Assembly (NCBI GenBank): GCA_902825905.1 | Contig: CADECO010000004.1 | Coordinates: 1-52,787 of the forward strand | Reading direction: 5' to 3' | Origin: an uncultured beta proteobacterium | GTDB taxonomy: Bacteria; Pseudomonadota; Gammaproteobacteria; Burkholderiales; SG8-39 | DNA length: 52,787 nt | In this document: piece by piece, positions 46,064-52,787 of the stretch | Position numbering within the stretch: the stretch's first letter is position 1 | Layout of the letters: every line of letters begins with the position of its first letter | Notes under the pieces: generated by a model | What the model was told of the DNA's origin: nothing | Databases searched by the model: none | What the model saw: the letters and a program-made list of their open reading frames with translations, nothing else | Position numbers and translations under genes: made by a program

Positions 46064-47568
46064 TAGGGCGATCAGTTAGCGCGCTGCGTACTTCGATTAC
46101 CGCGCGACTCACGATATTGTTCACCGCAGCCGTCATATTGTTACTTATCTTGCACGGCGCCTATCACTACCGGTCCCTGACAATGCAACTCAAGGGAAGG
46201 CAGGCGGCGACGCTGACCGAGAAGCTCACCGCGATCCAGTCCCGCTTGGCTCATCACGAATCTGCGGACTTGATTGCGGGTAACGCTCGCGACGTCATGG
46301 AAGTGCTCGCGGGCCATTCGGACCTATTCCTGGTCATTCGGGATGGATCAGGGCGCGTCCTGGCGGCTTCGCACCCCGAGGACTTACGCCCGAGCCCGCC
46401 GGTCACAGCATCGCTCGCCGACGATGACCTTACTTGGCCCAGCGACCAGAACGTCTATCGAACGATACGTGTCGGGGCTATGCTCGGTGCGGCTCGTGCT
46501 CCTGTGGCAGTCGAGCTTACGGTCGATACCACGAGCGATTCACAGATCTTGCGTGCGTTCGTCCGCGAAGTGAGCCTCGGTATGCTCGTTGGTGTCTTGA
46601 TCGCCGGGGCGATGGCTTTCTTCATCGCACGGCAGGGCCTGGGTGCATTGAATCGATTCGCGCGAGCGGCGAGTGACATCACCGTGAGCCGTCTGAATCG
46701 ACGGCTCGATCTCGATTCCACGCCCCTTGAGCTGCGCGAGTTGGTCGCGTCATACAACGGAATGCTCGAGCGCCTGGAAAGGAGCTTTCGGCAGCTGGTT
46801 GATTTTTCCGGCGACCTCGCGCACGAGCTGCGCACGCCGATTCACAACCTTTTGGGTCAAACTCAAGTGACCCTATCGCGTGTCCGGGCACCTGAGGAGT
46901 ACCGGCGCGTGTTGGAGTCCAACGTCGAGGAGTACGAGCGTCTCTCGCGGATGATTCGCGACATGCTCTTCCTTGCGCAAGCCGACAACGCGCAACTTAC
47001 TATCGCCCGTGAGAAGGTTGATCTGAGCGAGCTTGCGAAGAAAGTCGCGAGCCTGTTCGAGGCGGCATTTGAAGAACACCGCGTCGCGATCATCATTCAC
47101 GGACACGGAACCGTGAAAGCCGATCGGCTCATGCTTGAGCGCGCATTGGGTAACTTACTGTCCAACGCGCTAGCGCATGCGACACCGGCGTCGCGGATTC
47201 GCATTGCGTTAAAGCAGTCCGAGCAGGAAGCAATTATCACGGTAGCGAATCATGGGGATCACATTCCACCAGAAGTTTCTACCCGCTTGTTCGATCGGTT
47301 CTTTCGGGCTGACACCGCGCGACACGGCGAAGGGGCGGGGCTTGGCCTTGCCATAGTGAAATCGATTGTCGAGTTGCACGGCGGTACCGTTGCTGTCGAC
47401 AGCGATGCAGGGGGAGAGACTCAGTTCACACTCCACATTCCCGTAGCATCGTCTGAAGCAGAGATCGCGATGTCGGGGAATGCGATCACGAACGACGTTC
47501 GGGGCACCTCAGCACCGTCAACCAAGCAGCCGATGGCCTCAGCGTTTCACCGCAGTCGGATCGGCTAA
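46060..47568 (+). CDS. cusS: Heavy-metal sensor histidine kinase (CusS/CopS-like)
   Basis: ATGA overlap with cusR. Two TM helices flank a periplasmic loop. H-box [14 protein letters not shown]-box [12 protein letters not shown]-boxes [18 protein letters not shown]. Confidence 0.9.
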   Translation: MIGRSVSALRTSITARLTILFTAAVILLLILHGAYHYRSLTMQLKGRQAATLTEKLTAIQSRLAHHESADLIAGNARDVMEVLAGHSDLFLVIRDGSGRVLAASHPEDLRPSPPVTASLADDDLTWPSDQNVYRTIRVGAMLGAARAPVAVELTVDTTSDSQILRAFVREVSLGMLVGVLIAGAMAFFIARQGLGALNRFARAASDITVSRLNRRLDLDSTPLELRELVASYNGMLERLERSFRQLVDFSGDLAHELRTPIHNLLGQTQVTLSRVRAPEEYRRVLESNVEEYERLSRMIRDMLFLAQADNAQLTIAREKVDLSELAKKVASLFEAAFEEHRVAIIIHGHGTVKADRLMLERALGNLLSNALAHATPASRIRIALKQSEQEAIITVANHGDHIPPEVSTRLFDRFFRADTARHGEGAGLGLAIVKSIVELHGGTVAVDSDAGGETQFTLHIPVASSEAEIAMSGNAITNDVRGTSAPSTKQPMASAFHRSRIG

Positions 47569-47624
47569 GTTCACGGAAAACACAGGCAAGATCGGTGTCG
47601 CAGGCTTGGTGAGATCTCCCGGGC

Positions 47625-49097
47625 CTATTCACATACGTACGCGTCATCGCGCGCAGTACGCTTGGGCATTTCAAGCATGCGGAGATCTATATGCAACGTT
47701 CTGGCGAATTCGACCAGTGCATTACGACGGCGCAGGAGCGTGTCCTTCGCATCGGAAGTGACGTTCGCTCTGCGACCGAACACGCTCTTTGCTTGGTCGA
47801 CGAGGCGTCGGCTTACATCGGAATCAAGGAGAATGACTCGGCGCCGCGTTTCCGGCACACCGGGATACCGCGATACGAGCAGGCAGTCACCACGGTCGGC
47901 GAAGATCGGATCAATCAATAGCGCTTCATCCAAGCTCAGTCCAAATGCTAGTTTGAGCTCTAGACGTAGCGCCGTTTCCACGTCAACCCGCACCGTCGCC
48001 TCGATCAAGCTTTTCAGTACCTTTGCATGGGCGGGGAGCACTTGAGCCGGTGTCGGGTAGTGCCGTTGCAGCAGCGCTGCTGCGCTTGGGTGTCCGGCCG
48101 CGGCCGCTCTAGCAAGCCAGCGCGCGGCGGTGATGTCTTCATCGCGGGCGCTCCCGTGGCGAAGAGCAGCCTTGCCGCACAAATACTGTGCTTCGATTTG
48201 GCCTTGTTGCGCCGCTCGTTCAAGATACCGATGCGCGGTCCATGCACCACGCAGCGAGCAGGTACGAAGGCTGTAGAGCCTCCAAAGCTCGAGGGATGCT
48301 TCGCCCGAGCCTTGCTTCGAGGCTCGATCAAGCAGCGCGGCCGCGCGCTTGTAGCTGTGCGGGACCCCATTGAGTCGGCGCCCTCCCCGGGCTGCGCATA
48401 GCTTTCCTAGTCGGAGCAGTGCCTCTGCGTGATCAGCTCGCGCCGCACGCTCCAACCACGGAGCCGCCTCGACGACGCGACCGGCGTCTAGCAACAACAC
48501 CCCGAGCCTTGCACAAGACGATGCCTCGCCCCGGGTCGCGGATTCAGTCAACCAATGCAGCCCCGCAGACCGATCGAGACTAGAGCAATGCTCGGCCAAA
48601 AACTCCTGTGCGGCCAAAGATCCACCTTGGGCTGCATGCTCGAACCATTGCAAAGCGCGACGGTGGTTGAGATCGCAATGCAGGCCACTCCAGAGGTGAT
48701 AAGCGAGCCTCAGCTGTGCACCAATATCGTTCTGATTTGCTGCGACCTCGAGCCACTCGAGAGCCCTCTCGATCGAAATACCGACATCAATGCCAGCAAG
48801 TGACCAATCGATCAAGGCTCGCCGAGCTCCAGCGCTGCCCATCTCGGCTGCCTGTCGAAAGATCGCTCCGTAACGTGCAGGGTTGAGAACCAGGGCGGGA
48901 CGCACGCGCTCGCCAATCAACCGCACCGCTTCCGTGACCCCTTGCCGCGCTGCCCGCTCAAGCCAGTCGAGCGCCGCCGCTTTATTCTGGGGAAGACCGC
49001 TCGATCCTTCGAGATACATCACGCCGAGAGCGAGTTGGGCGGAGGCGTCGCCCCGACCGGCGTCGCGCATGATCCTCAGAGCATCTCTCTCAGCCAA
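47625..49097 (-). CDS. Sel1-repeat (TPR-like) protein, apparently cytoplasmic, with a non-repeat C-terminal domain
   Basis: Multiple Sel1-type units (GDASAQLALGVMYLEGSSGLPQNKAAALDWLERAARQG and similar). No signal peptide. The last ~140 aa are non-repetitive. Confidence 0.8.
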   Translation of the reverse strand: MAERDALRIMRDAGRGDASAQLALGVMYLEGSSGLPQNKAAALDWLERAARQGVTEAVRLIGERVRPALVLNPARYGAIFRQAAEMGSAGARRALIDWSLAGIDVGISIERALEWLEVAANQNDIGAQLRLAYHLWSGLHCDLNHRRALQWFEHAAQGGSLAAQEFLAEHCSSLDRSAGLHWLTESATRGEASSCARLGVLLLDAGRVVEAAPWLERAARADHAEALLRLGKLCAARGGRRLNGVPHSYKRAAALLDRASKQGSGEASLELWRLYSLRTCSLRGAWTAHRYLERAAQQGQIEAQYLCGKAALRHGSARDEDITAARWLARAAAAGHPSAAALLQRHYPTPAQVLPAHAKVLKSLIEATVRVDVETALRLELKLAFGLSLDEALLIDPIFADRGDCLLVSRYPGVPETRRRVILLDSDVSRRLVDQAKSVFGRRANVTSDAKDTLLRRRNALVEFARTLHIDLRMLEMPKRTARDDAYVCE

Positions 49098-49477
49098 GAC
49101 CGATACTCAAATCGTTGAAGTGAGTGAAGGTTGCACGGTCTTGTCGATCGTTGGTCGCGGCTTCGAGGCAAATGGCATGAAAACCACTCCGTGAGGTCGA
49201 ATCCGTTGCGCGAATGCCACGCCCTCGAGACCGTGTTCACAAGAGGATTCAGCGTCCTCGCACGCTGACCTGTCTTTGCTATGACAAGGCAGATGTCGAC
49301 GTACTCCAACCGGCGGAGATTGCGCAGATACAACACTTCGAGTCGATAGTCCTGCTTTTCGCTGCGTTACGAGAGCTTGGATCCGCGAGGACATGGTGCG
49401 CGTGCGCGCGCATCCCTACGATCGCGACCGCCTCCCACCTGGGGGTCAACAATGCGAATACACGAGGAGCAACGAAA

Positions 49478-50725
49478 GTGAACCGAACAAGTATTTCCGC
49501 GGGAGTTCTGACCGCGCTAGCTGCGTCGACCGCGGTCGCGCAAACGAGCGCGAACAACATCGTACTCTATGGACGTGCCAACGTCGGGATCGATAGCTAC
49601 TCAGCCACCGGCGCTCCAGTCCCCGCGTCTGGGATCGATCCCAATCTGAAGGCGCGATGGCGAGTGTTCGACGCCGGTTCGCGTCTCGGTGTACGCGGCG
49701 TCGAGTCATTGGGAAGTGGACTTCAAGCGGTATTCCAGATCGAGACCGGCGTGAATATCGACAGCGGCACGGGTAACGGCCAGAACGGCACGGTCAACGC
49801 CAATGCCAACGGCGCGCTTGCCTCGCGCGACTCGTTCGTGGGCTTGCAAGGGGGCTTCGGCCGAGTCACGTTCGGTCGGCAATCGATTTTCTGGGTGAAT
49901 GGCACCATTATTCAGACTGGCGCCAACTACGTGAACGCCGAGGTGCCCTTCACGAACGGCGCCATTCTTGGCCGGGTGGTATCGGGCATGGCCCGCAATC
50001 CGAACGTCGTGCTCTATACCACTCCAACATTTGGAGGATTCAATCTGACAGCCGGGTGGGCACCACAAAACGAGGCAACACAGGGGCAGACCGCGGCAAC
50101 GCCTCCAGGTTCGGATGCCAACAAGACGAATGGACAGGTATACGGCGTTACCGCGCGTTATGCCGTAGGACCAATTGGAGTGCAAGGCGACTACTGGGTG
50201 AACGACGCCGCGACCGGGCAGCGCAACTCGTTCGTTGGCGTATCCGCCTCGAAGTTTCGAGCAGCAAAAGCACTGATCGGCTTTACCTATCTCCCGGGCT
50301 CGCAGATTTCGCTTGTCGTGGGGCGCAACAAGAACGAGGACAGCTCCGCGTTTAGTACCGGCACGTTCGGCACGGCAGGGTTCGCCGGCGCGGACATAAC
50401 GCAGAACTGGTGGGTAGCTTCCTGGGAGCACACGTTTGGACGCGTCCAAGCGCTGGCGCAGTACGGCCAGATTCGCAAAGCGAGCGGTTGCATCGGCGCG
50501 ACGCCCGCTACAACCTGCGACGACACCGGCGGTAGTGGGTATATGGCTGGTGTACGGTATAACATGTCCAAACGCACTGCGGCGTACGTAACGTATAACC
50601 GACTCACCAATAAAGCGAACAACAACAACGACTATATCGGGGGTGGAATTACCTCTGCGACCTTGCCAACGCTGTCTGGCGCCGATCCGCGGATCATCGG
50701 AATCGGCATCATGCATAACTTCTAA
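49478..50725 (+). CDS. Trimeric general porin (Burkholderiales OmpC/Omp32-like)
   Basis: ORF trimmed to GTG 49478 (GAGGAG 8 nt upstream). Signal VNRTSISAGVLTALAASTAVAQ. N-terminal VLYGRANVGID, alternating beta-strand pattern, and C-terminal GIGIMHNF. Confidence 0.85.
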   Translation: MNRTSISAGVLTALAASTAVAQTSANNIVLYGRANVGIDSYSATGAPVPASGIDPNLKARWRVFDAGSRLGVRGVESLGSGLQAVFQIETGVNIDSGTGNGQNGTVNANANGALASRDSFVGLQGGFGRVTFGRQSIFWVNGTIIQTGANYVNAEVPFTNGAILGRVVSGMARNPNVVLYTTPTFGGFNLTAGWAPQNEATQGQTAATPPGSDANKTNGQVYGVTARYAVGPIGVQGDYWVNDAATGQRNSFVGVSASKFRAAKALIGFTYLPGSQISLVVGRNKNEDSSAFSTGTFGTAGFAGADITQNWWVASWEHTFGRVQALAQYGQIRKASGCIGATPATTCDDTGGSGYMAGVRYNMSKRTAAYVTYNRLTNKANNNNDYIGGGITSATLPTLSGADPRIIGIGIMHNF

Positions 50726-50731
50726 GCCTAT

Positions 50732-51445
50732 TCACTTTCGGGACGTAGGCGAGGCACCCTCCGGGGTGTCTCCCCCTATCCTAGGCCGTGCCTTGCGAAG
50801 TCGTCTAGAGCTGGAAAGAGGCGAGATGACGCTAGTGGAGATGGTTTGGTGCCGAAGTTCGGCATCGACACTACCCCCCTTGACACCGAGCTTCAAGAGT
50901 TTGCGATAGAGGTGTGTACGATCGAGCCCCACTCGCTCAGCCAAGAGTGACATGCATCCGTCAGCCGCGGCGAAGTGATGTCGGAAGTACGCGCGCTCGA
51001 ATTGCTCCAATGCCTCGCGAAGCGGCAATCTACACAGTTCCTCCATGTCGGCGTCCCCGGCTAGCCGCGAAGACTCGGCGTTCAGCGATGACGTTCGAGT
51101 TAGCAGTGATAGATGTACCGCTCGAATCAAGGATCCAATGGAGAACGGCTTGGCGATTCTAAGTCGATCTCCTGCCGCGAAAGTTTGGACCGAGTGTCCG
51201 CGATCTAGCGCGACCACGGCCGCGCAAGCGTTCCGCGAGCGACTTGATTGCACAATCGATTCCAGTACTTCCGGGTCGGAGGTGCCCGGATCCAGAATCA
51301 AGACATCGAAATATTCGGTGTGCGCGAGTTGCACGGCTTTATCAAGTTCCCGTGCCGCACGCACTCGATGTCCCATATCCGTAAGCACGTCGACCACTAG
51401 ACTTCGGGTGGTCGCCTCCTGACTGCTAACAAGTATGCTTGCCAC
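50732..51445 (-). CDS. Atypical receiver domain fused to a Fis-type HTH (no AAA+ module)
   Basis: REC-like segment with DVLILD and KPF, but SSQE where the acidic DD pair is expected. C-terminal Fis-type HTH LLAERVGLDRTHLYRKLLKLGV, followed by a ~50-aa low-complexity tail. GTG start. Confidence 0.7.
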   Translation of the reverse strand: MASILVSSQEATTRSLVVDVLTDMGHRVRAARELDKAVQLAHTEYFDVLILDPGTSDPEVLESIVQSSRSRNACAAVVALDRGHSVQTFAAGDRLRIAKPFSIGSLIRAVHLSLLTRTSSLNAESSRLAGDADMEELCRLPLREALEQFERAYFRHHFAAADGCMSLLAERVGLDRTHLYRKLLKLGVKGGSVDAELRHQTISTSVISPLSSSRRLRKARPRIGGDTPEGASPTSRK

Positions 51446-51633
51446 CTTCTGTGCGATCCGCGGCGATGCTCGTGCCGCGTGATCTCCCTTTATGGATCTA
51501 ATCAGCGTTAGCTTAGCGTTCGTTCGCTGACTACTGCATTGCTCCTCAATTACATTAGTGTCATCGCGCTGTCATCCACAGGCGACAACGGAGGCTATCT
51601 TTGCGATCGACAATCTGCGAGTCGCGACAACGC

Positions 51634-52497
51634 TCAGTACCGCTTGCGCGATGAGGTGGTAGGGAACGTCATCGCCTGCGCGTTGAGCAGGCGGTCCGCG
51701 GTTTTGACCATCAAGTGCTTTGCTTCGGCACTATCGGGCTCCTCGGACACCCAGTGCTGGCACACGCTAAACAATTCGGCCCACTTTTGTTTCGACTGGT
51801 ACCAGACCGCACGCAGGAAGTGCGGGCGATCCTTCGGGTCGCGCTCGTAGAACGGATCGCCGCCCGGCCACATCTGACCGATCGTCTCGACACGATCCAC
51901 CGTGGCAATCCACTCGACCGGCACCGCGAAATGAAACGCCCCCCCGGACGGAGCCTTAACCGTGAGAACCCCGACGAGCTCACCGGACGCGTTTAGCAGC
52001 GCGCCGCCACTGGCACCCTGATCGAACGCTGCCGAAGTTTGAATCACGCGGGCGCCGCTATAGGTAAAGAGCGATTCGATGGTGCCATGTGTGATCACGG
52101 GATGGTCACTCGAATAGCCGATCGCCGATACGCGGTCTCCATGTTTCAGTGAAGAGGTGGAACCCATCGTCAAGGGAGACGCCACCAAATCCCGGGCGAC
52201 GAGGATGCACACGTCCTTGTCCGCATCTCCGGCATGGAGCACCGCCTGCCAACGGCGTGCGCGGTGGACAATTTCGATCCGGTGAGCATTGCGAATCACA
52301 TGGCAGTTCGTCACGAATCGATCAGCAGCGATGGCTACCGCGGAACCCGATATCTCCTTACCTTGGGGGAATTCGGCGAGGACTCGAAACACGCTGTTGC
52401 TCATGTCTCCCGGAACGGTTTCGTGCGCGCTGGTTTGGTTGATGGTGCCAAGGACCACCAATGCAGCCAAGACAAATGCCCAGAGTCTCCGAGACAT
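51634..52497 (-). CDS. Secreted trypsin-like (S1/chymotrypsin-fold) serine protease with a C-terminal extension
   Basis: ORF trimmed to ATG 52497 (GGAGG 9 nt upstream; signal MSRRLWAFVLAALVVLGTINQTSA). Triad contexts: TNCHV, DKDVCIL, GASGGAL. Confidence 0.8.
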   Translation of the reverse strand: MSRRLWAFVLAALVVLGTINQTSAHETVPGDMSNSVFRVLAEFPQGKEISGSAVAIAADRFVTNCHVIRNAHRIEIVHRARRWQAVLHAGDADKDVCILVARDLVASPLTMGSTSSLKHGDRVSAIGYSSDHPVITHGTIESLFTYSGARVIQTSAAFDQGASGGALLNASGELVGVLTVKAPSGGAFHFAVPVEWIATVDRVETIGQMWPGGDPFYERDPKDRPHFLRAVWYQSKQKWAELFSVCQHWVSEEPDSAEAKHLMVKTADRLLNAQAMTFPTTSSRKRY

Positions 52498-52647
52498 TGA
52501 GTTCATCCTCCCTATTACAGAAACGTAATGCGACGGCAACGTTGGCGTTGAGGTTCCATCGGTATCCTAGCGATGCGAACCGGTTGCTCCGATCGACTCA
52601 CGTTCGGGGGGCCGAAGGTTCGAGTCGACTAGGTAAGGAGAACAATC

Positions 52648-52787
52648 ATGCATCGTGCAATTCGCAGTACCGTGGTGTGGGTAGGGGTGTTTTTGGTATT
52701 GGGTGCATCACCCGTGCGCGCCAATGGTTTCTGGTCCTTCGACGAGCAGTGGTGGAAAGCGGCGCTTGCCCAGCCAAGTGTCACCGC
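52648..52787 (+). CDS. 5' end of a secreted protein ORF running off the window
   Basis: AAGGAG lies 8 nt before ATG 52648. MHRAIRSTVVWVGVFLVLGASPVRA looks like a signal peptide. The frame is open to the window end. Confidence 0.4.
   Translation, partial: MHRAIRSTVVWVGVFLVLGASPVRANGFWSFDEQWWKAALAQPSVT

Noticed and set aside
52560-52640. tRNA-like GGTTCGAGTC string and the TCGACTC/GAGTCGA inverted repeat.
   Set aside because: No acceptor-stem pairing, D-arm or anticodon arm can be drawn. It is most likely promoter or 5'-UTR sequence of the ORF at 52648.
1-52787. Search for CRISPR arrays, rRNA, tRNA, IS elements, transposases and integrases across the whole window.
   Set aside because: I saw no regularly spaced direct repeats, no rRNA/tRNA-like conserved strings, no DDE/HUH or tyrosine/serine recombinase motifs in any translated ORF, and no terminal inverted repeats. 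This was a manual scan, so short or degenerate elements could have been missed.

Overview
High-GC proteobacterial metal-resistance island with a mosaic structure. The host is probably beta- or gammaproteobacterial, judging by a Burkholderiales-style porin and CusRS/CusCBA genes. Left block (1-9403): an HME-type RND efflux cluster (OMF tail, His-rich accessory protein, MFP, pump, small periplasmic protein), then an overlapping AAA+ ATPase / S8 subtilase pair with the architecture of the IetAS anti-phage system. An ORF-poor junction (9404-10089) leads into a plasmid/ICE-derived backbone remnant (10090-17107): a split type IV coupling protein, a ParM plus tandem-RHH partition pair, a VirB1-like lytic transglycosylase and RadC. 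The rest is a copper/silver island. Patatin-like lipoproteins and MlaA bracket cusCBA, and CusB carries a fused CusF-like domain. A MerR regulator is followed by a MerR-type promoter and a 27-codon CxxC micro-ORF. A Cu(I) P1B-ATPase and an embedded pdxR-pdxS-pdxT PLP-synthase cassette follow. A long minus-strand operon (DUF2946-like, OMF, multicopper oxidase, two cupredoxins, CusF, SAM methyltransferases) lies divergent from cusRS, with a perfect 10-6-10 palindrome in the shared control region. The window ends with a Sel1-repeat protein, a porin, an atypical REC-Fis regulator and a secreted trypsin-like protease. Three accessory enzyme genes are visibly decayed pseudogenes, while every transporter is intact. 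I recognised no rRNA, tRNA, CRISPR array, transposase or integrase. All family calls come from motif recognition by eye on the supplied translations; no searches or computations were run. Several starts were trimmed from the ORF track using signal peptides, SD sequences and start/stop overlaps.
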